Source of the DNA: an uncultured SAR86 cluster bacterium
GTDB taxonomy: Bacteria; Pseudomonadota; Gammaproteobacteria; Magnimaribacterales; AG-339-G14
Assembly: GCA_902595715.1 (NCBI GenBank)
Contig: CACJRI010000006.1
Location: 8,428-72,427 of the forward strand
DNA length: 64,000 bases
Direction: 5' to 3'
Position 1 is the first letter of the stretch. Every line of letters starts with the position of its first letter. Both the position numbers and the translations under genes were made by a program. Shown one piece after another: positions 17,952 to 27,667 of the stretch. The notes beneath the pieces are model-generated. The model saw only the letters and a list, made by a program, of their open reading frames with translations, did not search any database and was not told the DNA's origin.

Positions 17952-19679
17952 CTATCTTAATTCAGGACAAACTAAACAAATTAAGTTTGTTTCAATTTTT
18001 TTCTTACTGACAAGTCTTTGAATATCTATTGATTCTATAAAGCCAAAAAGGCTATAAGTTGAATTCAAAAAAGAATTAAAAGATGCAAATAAATCATCAA
18101 TAATTCCTGGAGAAGTAGATATATATTTTATTTTGAAATCTGAAATTCCTGATTTTTCTTCAAGAATTTTAATACCGTCTTGAAATACCCCAAGAGAGTC
18201 GACAAGATTATTTTGAAGAGCTGATTTGCCAGACCAAATTCTTCCTTGAGCAATCTTTTCAGTATTATCGATAGTTAACTGTCGGTTCTTTGATACAAGC
18301 TTGATAAATTTATTGTAAGAACCATCAACATAACTTTGCATAAATGAAGATAAGTTATCATTAGGAGGTTCCAATAACGAAAAATTTAATTCATTGGTAG
18401 AAACCTTATCAAAGAGTATTCCAACATTTTCAAAGGAATCTTTAAAATTAGGTAGGGCTGCCCAAACACCAATGGACCCAGTAAGAGTAAATGGATTTGC
18501 AATTATTGTATTTTGATTCATAGAAATCCAATAACCTCCCGATGCAGCAATATCTCCCATTGAAATTACTATTGGAATTTTTTTATTGAGAAGTTCTAAT
18601 CTTTGCCTGATTATTTCTGAAGCAAAACCACTTCCTCCTGGAGAATTTACTCTTAGAAATAAACCTTTAATTGACTTATCTTTATCAATTTTATTAAGAG
18701 TTTTTGAAAAGTTTTCACTGGAGATCGCTCCTTCTGCATATTCACCATCTATTATTTCTCCAGAGGCTACTAGGACAGCAAATTTATTATCTGAAGAATT
18801 TTCATTGTTCAAGAGCGCTAGGTTATCTTTAAAAGATATTATTTTTTCCTCAACAAGCGAAGATAGATAGTCATTTAAGTTCGTTCTTACAATTAAAGTA
18901 TCAATAAAACCTTCGCTTTTAGCTAGCTTTGCAGTGTCACCATCAAATTTTTCCGTTAATTTTCCGAGATTATTTATGTAATTATCTATTTTTAAATCTG
19001 AAACTTTATTTCTATTTTTTGTAATTATTTCTTTCCAAGAATCCCAGACTTCAGAAAGATAAGAAGATGTTTGGAGTCTATCTTCTTCGGATATATTATC
19101 TCGAGTAAAAGTATCTAATGCTGATTTATATTTTCCGGAAACAAAAGTTGATACGCCAATATTAAGTTTTTCCAATAATTGTTTAATAAAAGGTTTCTGT
19201 GAAGAAAATCCATCTAAAAGAACCAAACCATTCTGATTTAATAAAATAGAATCAGCAAAAGAGGCCAAAAGATAGTTTTTCTTGTCGTAAAAATCAGAAT
19301 AGGCAATTACTTTTTTGCCCTGGTTTTTGAAACTCTCTATGGCTTTACCAATTTCTAAGATACCTGTGAAAGAAATGTCTAAATAGGTTAAATCCATAAA
19401 TAGTATCTTTACTTCTTCTTCTGTACCCGCCGTTTCAATAGCCGAAATTATTTCAAACAAATTCAATTCATAGGTTTCCCGCTCAAAAAAAGAGAGATTT
19501 GAATTTGTTGTTTCGTTTATTTTTTTTGGGGCAAAAGTTATTACAGCACTAAGGTCTTCCTTGACGTCGCTAACCAAAAAAGTGATTGCAATGAACAACA
19601 AAGCCAAAATGAAAAATAGATTCAAAATAACTTTTCTTGTTAGGTCAACGAAGTTGAAAAATTTTCTTAAGAAGCTCAT
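17952..19679 (-). CDS. sppA: Signal peptide peptidase SppA (67K type)
   Basis: 575 aa. N-terminal TM segment and two ClpP/crotonase-like halves, with GDIAASGGYW around the catalytic Ser. Confidence 0.85.
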   Translation of the reverse strand: MSFLRKFFNFVDLTRKVILNLFFILALLFIAITFLVSDVKEDLSAVITFAPKKINETTNSNLSFFERETYELNLFEIISAIETAGTEEEVKILFMDLTYLDISFTGILEIGKAIESFKNQGKKVIAYSDFYDKKNYLLASFADSILLNQNGLVLLDGFSSQKPFIKQLLEKLNIGVSTFVSGKYKSALDTFTRDNISEEDRLQTSSYLSEVWDSWKEIITKNRNKVSDLKIDNYINNLGKLTEKFDGDTAKLAKSEGFIDTLIVRTNLNDYLSSLVEEKIISFKDNLALLNNENSSDNKFAVLVASGEIIDGEYAEGAISSENFSKTLNKIDKDKSIKGLFLRVNSPGGSGFASEIIRQRLELLNKKIPIVISMGDIAASGGYWISMNQNTIIANPFTLTGSIGVWAALPNFKDSFENVGILFDKVSTNELNFSLLEPPNDNLSSFMQSYVDGSYNKFIKLVSKNRQLTIDNTEKIAQGRIWSGKSALQNNLVDSLGVFQDGIKILEEKSGISDFKIKYISTSPGIIDDLFASFNSFLNSTYSLFGFIESIDIQRLVSKKKIETNLICLVCPELR

Positions 19680-19703
19680 TTAAAGAAGTATTATATAAAG
19701 ATT

Positions 19704-20144
19704 ATGAAGTCTATTTTTAGTAATTTTTTGATAATTTTTCTTCTGCTCTCTTGCTCAAAACCGGATCTAAATGTTTTTGAAGGAAAAGGAGTTTTTCTTG
19801 ATGATTTAAAAGGTAAATGGATAGTTTTTAACTATTGGGCAGATTGGTGTCCTCCTTGTATAAAAGAAATTCCTGAATTAAATAATCTTCAGTCCAATTT
19901 CTCTGATGATTTAAAAGTTTATTTAATTAACTTTGATATGTTGGAAGGAGAGGAATTAAAACAACAGTTAGAAAAATTTAATGTACAAGTAGACTCTTTA
20001 TTAACAGACCCTTCTATTATTTATGATTGGGTCATACCAGAGAACCTTCCTGTTACATTTATTGTTAATAGAAAAGGAGAATTGGAACTTACATTAGTTG
20101 GACCGCAAACAGAAGAAGAAATTATTAAATTGTTATCCCTTTAA
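19704..20144 (+). CDS. TlpA/ResA-like thiol:disulfide oxidoreductase lipoprotein
   Basis: Lipobox LLLSC and thioredoxin motif WADWCPPC. Confidence 0.7.
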   Translation: MKSIFSNFLIIFLLLSCSKPDLNVFEGKGVFLDDLKGKWIVFNYWADWCPPCIKEIPELNNLQSNFSDDLKVYLINFDMLEGEELKQQLEKFNVQVDSLLTDPSIIYDWVIPENLPVTFIVNRKGELELTLVGPQTEEEIIKLLSL

Positions 20145-20935
20145 AGAAACAGCATTGGATTTACTTTTGTTCCCAATAAAATAATTTCAAAGTGGAGATG
20201 AGGCCCAGTGACTCTTCCAGAAGAACCAACTGTTCCAATTCTAGAATTTTTAAGAACATTATCTCCTTCAGAAACAAAAGTTTCGTTTAAATGGGAATAG
20301 GTAGAGATAATGCCATTACCATGGTCAATGATTATTAGGTTGCCTCTATAAAAAAATTCACCAACAAAAATAACTTTACCATTTTCTGGAGCGACTACTG
20401 ACGTTCCAGTTTCCGCCGCTATATCAAGTCCTAAGTGGGGATTTCTAGGGGAACCATTTATAAAACGTTTCACTCCATACTCACTGGAAATTATCCCTTT
20501 AGCAGGGAAATTGAACTTAGTATCCTGATATTTTTTTACTGATTTTACAGATATCTTTCTTCCATAAATTTCTCTTTCGGTCTTAATTCTTGTTAGATTT
20601 TCATTAGAGATTTGGTTGAACTTATTATCTTTAATTGTAATTCTAGATTCTCTGAATTCTTTTTCAGAAAGAATTATGGTCTCTCCCATAATTGTAAATT
20701 TCATTTTTGAAGAATAAGAAATGGGGTAAATAAGTCGATGACCAGCAATATCTTTACAAATATATTTTTTATAAGAATTGTCTAGATTTTCTATACTAAT
20801 GAATCTATTTAGCAGGCCTCCTTTTTCAAGTGTTTCTTTTGGGAATGAACAAGAGTTTACCTCTGCAAACTTGAAGTTTGTGCAACTAAACAAAAAAGTC
20901 AGAAAAAAAAATATTAAAAAATTATTTAATTTCAT
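20141..20935 (-). CDS. M23 family metallopeptidase
   Basis: HLGLDIAA...GNLIIIDHGNGIISTYSHL...GPHLHFEI zinc-binding motifs of LytM/M23, plus a signal/lipoprotein N-terminus. Confidence 0.85.
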   Translation of the reverse strand: MKLNNFLIFFFLTFLFSCTNFKFAEVNSCSFPKETLEKGGLLNRFISIENLDNSYKKYICKDIAGHRLIYPISYSSKMKFTIMGETIILSEKEFRESRITIKDNKFNQISNENLTRIKTEREIYGRKISVKSVKKYQDTKFNFPAKGIISSEYGVKRFINGSPRNPHLGLDIAAETGTSVVAPENGKVIFVGEFFYRGNLIIIDHGNGIISTYSHLNETFVSEGDNVLKNSRIGTVGSSGRVTGPHLHFEIILLGTKVNPMLFL

Positions 20936-22280
20936 CTATTTTGGTTATTTTTGAAGAAATGAGATTTCGTTCAGTTCTAGTGAGAATTTCATCTCCCTTA
21001 GTTAACTCTGTGTTATCCAAGAGCTCATCATCTTTGGTAGAAACGGTATAGCCCCTCGACAAAACTGATAGGGGGCTAAAAGCTTCTAATTTTGATGAAA
21101 AATTGTCAAAAGAAATTTTTTTACTAGAAAGAAGATTATTAAATGCATTTTTAAAAACTAATTTTTTACTTTTTAAATCTGCTTTTTGATTTGAGAGCTT
21201 GATGAGTGGGTTTCTATCTCTTAAAGAGGTTCTCTTTTTTATAAGCTTTAATCTTTTAGAGGAAAACCTTTCCTTTTGTAAATAGACAATTCTATTGAAG
21301 CTTTCATCAATTTTAAAAATCTTTTGATCAAGATTAAAATTAATTTTTTTTAGTACATTGGATGCATCTTTAAAATTATCATTTTTGTTTTCGAGATAAT
21401 TTTTTGCTGAAATTGAGATTGCTTTTTCTAAAATCTTAATTTTATCAATAATTTGCGAGTGAGCTTGACTTGCTATTTCAGCTGCTGCTGAAGGAGTTGG
21501 AGCTCTTAAGTCGGAAACTAAATCGCAGATTGTAAAATCTGTTTCGTGACCAACTGCACTTATAACAGGAATTTCAAGAGCATAAATCTTTCTTGCAATA
21601 TTTTCGCTATTGAAACACCAAAGATCTTCTAGGGAACCGCCACCTCTCGCAATTATTATCAAATCCAATTTTTCAGTTTTATTAAATTCTCTAAGCATGT
21701 TTAACGCATCTATTATTTCGTTTTCTGCTTTGTCCCCTTGCACCAAAGAAGGGGCTAAAGTAAGTCTTAATAACGGCGCTCTTCTAGCTAATACGTTTCT
21801 AATATCTTGAATTACGGAGCCTGATGGTGAAGTTACTACACCGATATGCATAGGTAATTCAGGAATTTCTTTTTTAAAAGATTCATCAAAGAGACCTTCT
21901 TTTAGCAGTTTATTTTTTAAATTTTCAAAAGCCTTTAGTAAGTCACCTTCGCCTGAATACTCCAAACTTTCTGCAATAAATTGATATCTGCCCTGAGCCT
22001 CAAATAAGGATAATTTTCCTTTGAGGACTATCTCGTCACCAATTTCAGGAATATTTTTAAGATAGGAGTTTTTGAATTTAAACATTACACAACTAATGGA
22101 TGAATTCTCATCCTTTAAGGTAAAGTACCAATGACCAGATTGACGGTAATTCGTAAATTCAGAAATTTCTCCTTTTACCCAAACATCATTGAATTTTTTT
22201 TCTAGAGTAAACTTAGCGTTTTTATTGAGTTGAGAGACTGAAAAAATTTCAGGTGAATTTTTTTGTTCTTTACTTAACAT
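20922..22280 (-). CDS. xseA: Exodeoxyribonuclease VII large subunit
   Basis: OB-fold N-terminus (VWVKGEISEF....SGHWYFTLKD), GVVTSPSGSVIQD, ARGGGSLEDLW and GHETD motifs. Confidence 0.9.
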   Translation of the reverse strand: MLSKEQKNSPEIFSVSQLNKNAKFTLEKKFNDVWVKGEISEFTNYRQSGHWYFTLKDENSSISCVMFKFKNSYLKNIPEIGDEIVLKGKLSLFEAQGRYQFIAESLEYSGEGDLLKAFENLKNKLLKEGLFDESFKKEIPELPMHIGVVTSPSGSVIQDIRNVLARRAPLLRLTLAPSLVQGDKAENEIIDALNMLREFNKTEKLDLIIIARGGGSLEDLWCFNSENIARKIYALEIPVISAVGHETDFTICDLVSDLRAPTPSAAAEIASQAHSQIIDKIKILEKAISISAKNYLENKNDNFKDASNVLKKINFNLDQKIFKIDESFNRIVYLQKERFSSKRLKLIKKRTSLRDRNPLIKLSNQKADLKSKKLVFKNAFNNLLSSKKISFDNFSSKLEAFSPLSVLSRGYTVSTKDDELLDNTELTKGDEILTRTERNLISSKITKIDEIK

Positions 22281-22304
22281 TGTTACAGTATATCTATACT
22301 TCCC

Positions 22305-23189
22305 ATGAAAATGACAAATCTTAATTCAAGAACAATAGGAATATTGTCAACATCTATTGGAGCCATGCTTATTGGCGTTGCTCCAATTTTAGTAAGAACA
22401 AGTGAAATTACTCCTTCTTTGACAGGATTTTATAGATTTCTCTGCGCGACGTTCATTTTGCTTGTTTATGGGATTGCAAAAAATAAATTTATCAATCTCA
22501 AGTACAAAGATATTCTGGTTCTTGCGATACCAGGACTATTTTTTGGAAGTGACATTACTTTATGGCATTGGTCAATAAATCAAACATCAATCGCAAACGC
22601 TGCTCTTTTTGTTAATACAGCCCCCATCTATGTGGCCATAATTTCTTATTTTTTATTTAAAGATAAATTAGATTTATTTTTTTATTTTGCTGGTTTTTGC
22701 TGTCTTGGTGGAGTCTTTTTAATCTTATTTGAACAAAATGAATATCAAACCTTTAGCGGAGATTTATTATCTTTAGTCGCTGCGGTCTTTTATTCAGGAT
22801 ATTTAATTTCAATAAAAAAGTTTTCAGAAACTTATGAAACTTTTCACTTAATGTTTTTTTCTGCATTATTTGGATGTATTCCACTTTATTTAGGTAGTCT
22901 TTTAGAGATTGGTCACGCCTTTCCTGAAACAGTCTTGGGGTGGTCAAATATATTGTTCCAAGGCTTGTTTATTCAAATTGCCGGACAAGGCTTAATTATT
23001 TATGGTCTGTCTTTAATAAGAGTGCAATTTTCTTCATTAATACTTTTAATACAGCCGCTCACAGCAGCTTTATTAGCCTTTTTACTATTTAAAGAAATGT
23101 TCTTAATCCAGCAGATTTTCGGTGCTATTATTCTTTTAGTTGGAATTTATTTAGCAGGAATTTCCGATCAAAAAACTTTAAAGAATTAA
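22305..23189 (+). CDS. EamA/DMT-family transporter
   Basis: 294 aa, about 10 predicted TM helices in two EamA-like halves. Confidence 0.8.
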   Translation: MKMTNLNSRTIGILSTSIGAMLIGVAPILVRTSEITPSLTGFYRFLCATFILLVYGIAKNKFINLKYKDILVLAIPGLFFGSDITLWHWSINQTSIANAALFVNTAPIYVAIISYFLFKDKLDLFFYFAGFCCLGGVFLILFEQNEYQTFSGDLLSLVAAVFYSGYLISIKKFSETYETFHLMFFSALFGCIPLYLGSLLEIGHAFPETVLGWSNILFQGLFIQIAGQGLIIYGLSLIRVQFSSLILLIQPLTAALLAFLLFKEMFLIQQIFGAIILLVGIYLAGISDQKTLKN

Positions 23190-24953
23190 ATGTCAGAAGT
23201 AATAAAGATAGCAAATTGCAGTGGATTTTATGGAGATAATTTATCCATAGCAAAAAAAATGGTTGAAGGTGGACCAATCGATGTTTTAACGGGAGATTAT
23301 CTTGCTGAATTGACGATGACTATTTTGTATAACCAGAAAATGAAAAGGGGAGAAAATCTGGGATATGTTGGAACCTTTCTAAAACAATTTAGAGATGTAG
23401 CAAAACTCTGCGATGATCAAAAAATTAAAATTGTTTCTAATGCAGGAGGTTTGAATCCTGCTTCAATGGCAGCTGAAGTTGAAAATATAATCCAAGAATT
23501 GAATCTTGATTTGAAAGTCGCTTATATTGATGGTGACGATTTGATGCCTAGACTCGATGAATTAAGTTCTTCTGGTGAAAAGCTAAAAAATATTGATAAG
23601 AATAATGATCTGTTTTCTTATGAAAAAAAACCACTTACTGCAAATGCTTATTTAGGAGCTTGGGGCATCAAAGAGGCTTTAGACAACGGTGCTGATGTAG
23701 TCATTTGCCCGCGAGTTACAGATGCCGCTGTAGTCATAGGTCCTGCAGCATGGAAATTTAATTGGTCAAGAAATGATTATGATCAGCTTGCCGGAGCCCT
23801 TGCAGCTGGTCATATAATCGAATGCGGTGCTCAAGCCACTGGCGGTAATTATTCTTTTTTTAAAGAAGTTCCATCTTTCAAAGACATTGGTTATCCAATA
23901 GCCGAAATAAATCAAGATGGCAGCTTTATAATTACCAAACACCCAAACACTGGAGGATTGGTTTCGGTTGGCACCGTCACAGCTCAGCTTCTCTATGAGA
24001 TAGGTTCTCCTGCTTATGTAAATCCAGATGTTGTTTCCCATTTTGATACTCTAAAAATTGAACAAGAGGCTGAAGATAGAGTATTTGTTTCTGGTTGCAG
24101 AGGAAGTAGTCCACCTAAAGATCATAAAGTTTGTATTAATCTTGCAGGAGGTTTCAGAAATGGAACTGAGTTACTTCTTACAGGGTTAGATATTGAAGAA
24201 AAAGCTAAATTAATTACTGACACTATCTTTGATTCGGTTGGCGGTAAAGAGCAGTTTGATAAGGTAGATATACAGTTACATAGAACTGACAAAGAAAATC
24301 CAGAAAGCAATGAACAGGCACAAGCCTTTTTAAGAATTGATGTGATGTCTCAAAATCCTGATTTAGTAGGGCGATTATTCAGTGCGAAAATAATTGAATT
24401 AGCCTTAGCAAACTTTCCTGGCTGGACAGGAAGAAGTGGAGTTGTCCCTAGCGGACCTTATATTGAGTATTGGCCAGCATTGGTTGATAGTAAATTTATA
24501 AAGGAAAAAGTGCATTTTGAAGGTAAGACCATGGAAGTTATTCCAACCAGTCAAATGGACTTTGAAGAAGTTTATTACCAAAAGGAACCTGCTGAAGTAA
24601 AACAAATAACTGAAAATCCTGATACGGAAATATTTTTTGGAGATATCTTTGGCACCAGATCTGGAGATAAAGGGGGTTGCGCTAATCTTGGTGTATGGAG
24701 TAAAAATTCAGAAGCTTATGGATTTTTATTTGATTTTTTAACTGTTGATAAATTAAAAGAATTACTCCCAGATTTAAAATCTTTTGAAGTTGATAGATTT
24801 GAATTACCCAATATTTTGTCTTTAAATTTTTATATTCATGGAATTTTGCAAGATGGAGTTTCCTCATCAACAAGAATGGACGGGCAGGCAAAGTCTTTAG
24901 GCGAATATTTAAGAGCAAAAAAAATAAATGTGCCTAAAATTATTTTAAAATAA
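23190..24953 (+). CDS. AtuA-like protein (DUF1446, acyclic terpene utilisation family)
   Basis: IANCSGFYGD....M.EGGPIDVLTGDYLAELTM and HIIECGAQATGGNY are characteristic of DUF1446/AtuA. The start abuts the eamA stop (TAAATG). Confidence 0.75.
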   Translation: MSEVIKIANCSGFYGDNLSIAKKMVEGGPIDVLTGDYLAELTMTILYNQKMKRGENLGYVGTFLKQFRDVAKLCDDQKIKIVSNAGGLNPASMAAEVENIIQELNLDLKVAYIDGDDLMPRLDELSSSGEKLKNIDKNNDLFSYEKKPLTANAYLGAWGIKEALDNGADVVICPRVTDAAVVIGPAAWKFNWSRNDYDQLAGALAAGHIIECGAQATGGNYSFFKEVPSFKDIGYPIAEINQDGSFIITKHPNTGGLVSVGTVTAQLLYEIGSPAYVNPDVVSHFDTLKIEQEAEDRVFVSGCRGSSPPKDHKVCINLAGGFRNGTELLLTGLDIEEKAKLITDTIFDSVGGKEQFDKVDIQLHRTDKENPESNEQAQAFLRIDVMSQNPDLVGRLFSAKIIELALANFPGWTGRSGVVPSGPYIEYWPALVDSKFIKEKVHFEGKTMEVIPTSQMDFEEVYYQKEPAEVKQITENPDTEIFFGDIFGTRSGDKGGCANLGVWSKNSEAYGFLFDFLTVDKLKELLPDLKSFEVDRFELPNILSLNFYIHGILQDGVSSSTRMDGQAKSLGEYLRAKKINVPKIILK

Positions 24954-24959
24954 GACGAA

Positions 24960-25751
24960 ATGACAAGTAAAAAACTTTCAATTGAGAATCTCACCTTTCA
25001 AGCAACAAAAATAGATGTTTCTAACCACATTTTAACTATTACCTTGAATAGACCTGAAAAGAAAAATGCACTAAACAATGTAATGATGAATGAAATAAAT
25101 TATGCACTTGCATATGCTAAACAAGAAAGAACTATAAGAGTTGTAGTTATTGCAGCTGAAGGAGATGTTTTTTGTGCAGGAGCAGACTTAAATAGAAAAC
25201 AAGAAGAATCAAACGTTCCTAGGCTGGAGGGGTCAGACGACATAAGTCTCTCAATAAGGCATTTATATAAACCAGTTATTTGTAAGATTCAGGGATCGGT
25301 TCATGCTGGTGCTCTTCTAATGGTTACGAATTGCACTCATGCAATAGCTGTTGAATCTGCAAAATTTTCGGCTCCTGAAATTCTTCGCGGGGTTTGGCCT
25401 CATATGGTCATGGCTGGATTATTTAGAGTTATGCCTAAGAGGGTTGGATTAGATTTCTGTATGCGTGGTCAGGCAATAGATGCGAATAAAGCTCAAGAAT
25501 GGGGATTGATTAATGAATCCGTAGCTCCAGAAGCTTTAGACGAAACTGTTTCTAAATTAGCAAAGGATTTAGCTAGTCTTGCTCCTGGCACAATGCAATT
25601 TGGTCTTGAAGCATATGTAAATCAAGACAATATGAATTTTGATGAAGCATTGCCTTATCTAGGAAAGAAGAGTGCTGAAACTTTTGCTGGTCCTGACGCA
25701 AAAGAGGGAATTGCTGCTTTTCTAGAAAAAAGAGAGCCCAAATGGGATTAA
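24960..25751 (+). CDS. Enoyl-CoA hydratase/isomerase (crotonase) family
   Basis: ITLNRPEKKNAL and GDVFCAGADL oxyanion-hole motifs. 263 aa. Confidence 0.85.
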   Translation: MTSKKLSIENLTFQATKIDVSNHILTITLNRPEKKNALNNVMMNEINYALAYAKQERTIRVVVIAAEGDVFCAGADLNRKQEESNVPRLEGSDDISLSIRHLYKPVICKIQGSVHAGALLMVTNCTHAIAVESAKFSAPEILRGVWPHMVMAGLFRVMPKRVGLDFCMRGQAIDANKAQEWGLINESVAPEALDETVSKLAKDLASLAPGTMQFGLEAYVNQDNMNFDEALPYLGKKSAETFAGPDAKEGIAAFLEKREPKWD

Positions 25752-27667
25752 TCCAAGACAACTAAGGTTTGACCGTTTTCTACTTGTTCACCTTTAGAAA
25801 CTAAAATGTTTTTAATCTTTCCAGAAGATGGAGCACTCACTTTATGTTCCATTTTCATTGCCTCTAAGATAATCAAAGTATCTCCTTTTTTAACGGAAGA
25901 ACCTTTTTTAATTTGGACTTCTACTACCTTTCCGGGCATTGGGGCATTTAGACCGCCCTCAATTGTTCCTGAATCTTTAACTTCAAACTTAGGTAAAACA
26001 GTAAAAAGCAAATCACCCTTGTAGGTATGAATCAATAAAAGATTATCTTCAAAAGATATTTTTGATCTGAGTCTGGTTCCTGATATTTCTACATCTATGA
26101 AATTATCTTGCCAATCATAGACGGTCGCCAATACTGAATCAGAAAATTTAAACTGATCATCTCTTGATTTTTTATAATTAATAATGAAATTTGTGTCCTT
26201 TAAAGCAAGCTTAACTTCCTGAAAAGGTAACCTTGCATTGTTCCATCCTGAATCCATATTGGTTAAAACAGACGCGTTTTTCCTGTTCAATCCTTGGATC
26301 CATAAACTTGCTGCTTTTGCATAATTTTTTATCTCTTCTTCGGAAAGGTCTACTTTTCCACTTAGTTTTTCTTTCTCGATGAAATCAGTAGTGGTGGCGC
26401 CTTTTAGAAATTTCTCAGATCTTAAAATAGCAATTAAGAATTCTCGATTTGTTTGCATTCCCCCAAAGTGACTATTTTCTAAAGCAAGAGCTAATTTTTT
26501 TGCTGCTTCTGTTCTGGTTTCTCCATAAGAAATAACTTTAGCTAACATTGGGTCAAAATCAGGAGTAATGATTGACCCTGATTCAATTCCTACATCCCAT
26601 CTAACGGGAGGATCATCCGCCGGTACAAAAGAAATCATCTTTCCCGTTACTGGTAAAAAATCATTATTTGGATCTTCAGCATATAGTCTCACTTCTATAG
26701 AACTTCCAAACCAATCTATATCGGATTGGTCATAATCTAGAGACTCACCTTCGGCTATTCTGAGCTGTTCCTTTACAAGATCAATTCCGGTAACTTCTTC
26801 AGTAACAGGATGTTCAACTTGAAGCCTAGTATTAACCTCTAGAAACCAAAATTCTTTTGTTTTTTCATCAACGAGAAATTCAACAGTCCCAGCTGATTCA
26901 TATTTTAATTTGGAAGCTAACTTTATGGCAGCATCACCCATTTTTTCTCTCATGGAATCATCAACCATGGGCGAGGGTGATTCTTCAACTACCTTTTGGT
27001 GTCTCCTTTGAATTGAACACTCTCTTTCTCCTAAATGAACCAAATTTCCATAGGAATCGCCAAGAATTTGTACTTCTATGTGTCTGGACTTTTCAATGTA
27101 TCTTTCTAAAAAGACTCTCTTATCACCAAAGCCACCTTCAGCTTCTCTCTCCGCAGAAGCAATAGATTCTTTTAAATCCTTTGAGCTTTTGACAATACGC
27201 ATACCTTTGCCACCACCTCCTGCAGCAGCTTTTACAAGGATAGGATAACCAATTTTATTTGCATCTTTAGCTGACGAACCTGAAGGTAGGGTAGGGACAC
27301 CAGCCTTTTCTGCTAAAGTTTTTGCAGTAATTTTATCTCCCATTTTTTTTATAGCATTTGCGGAAGGTCCTACCCACTTCATTCCTGCTTTTTTCACATT
27401 ATTTGCAAAATTAGCATTTTCAGATAAAAATCCATATCCAGGATGAATTGCATCTACATTATTTTTTTTAGCGATTTCTAAAATTTCTTTGGCATTTAGA
27501 TATGAATCTGAAAGTTTAAAGGACTGATCTGCCTCTCTAACGTAAGGAGTATTTTTATCAGCCTCTGTATAAATGGCTACACAGGTTATTCCCATGTCGT
27601 GAGCACTTTTTATGATTCTACTTGCGATTTCTCCTCTGTTTGAAATCAACAATTTTTTAATTGTCAT
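25748..27667 (-). CDS. Acyl-CoA carboxylase alpha subunit (biotin carboxylase + BCCP); methylcrotonyl-/geranyl-CoA carboxylase type
   Basis: Biotin carboxylase N-terminus (LLISNRGEIA.RI), ATP-grasp GGGGKGMR, and C-terminal biotinylation motif EAMKME. Confidence 0.9.
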   Translation of the reverse strand: MTIKKLLISNRGEIASRIIKSAHDMGITCVAIYTEADKNTPYVREADQSFKLSDSYLNAKEILEIAKKNNVDAIHPGYGFLSENANFANNVKKAGMKWVGPSANAIKKMGDKITAKTLAEKAGVPTLPSGSSAKDANKIGYPILVKAAAGGGGKGMRIVKSSKDLKESIASAEREAEGGFGDKRVFLERYIEKSRHIEVQILGDSYGNLVHLGERECSIQRRHQKVVEESPSPMVDDSMREKMGDAAIKLASKLKYESAGTVEFLVDEKTKEFWFLEVNTRLQVEHPVTEEVTGIDLVKEQLRIAEGESLDYDQSDIDWFGSSIEVRLYAEDPNNDFLPVTGKMISFVPADDPPVRWDVGIESGSIITPDFDPMLAKVISYGETRTEAAKKLALALENSHFGGMQTNREFLIAILRSEKFLKGATTTDFIEKEKLSGKVDLSEEEIKNYAKAASLWIQGLNRKNASVLTNMDSGWNNARLPFQEVKLALKDTNFIINYKKSRDDQFKFSDSVLATVYDWQDNFIDVEISGTRLRSKISFEDNLLLIHTYKGDLLFTVLPKFEVKDSGTIEGGLNAPMPGKVVEVQIKKGSSVKKGDTLIILEAMKMEHKVSAPSSGKIKNILVSKGEQVENGQTLVVLD

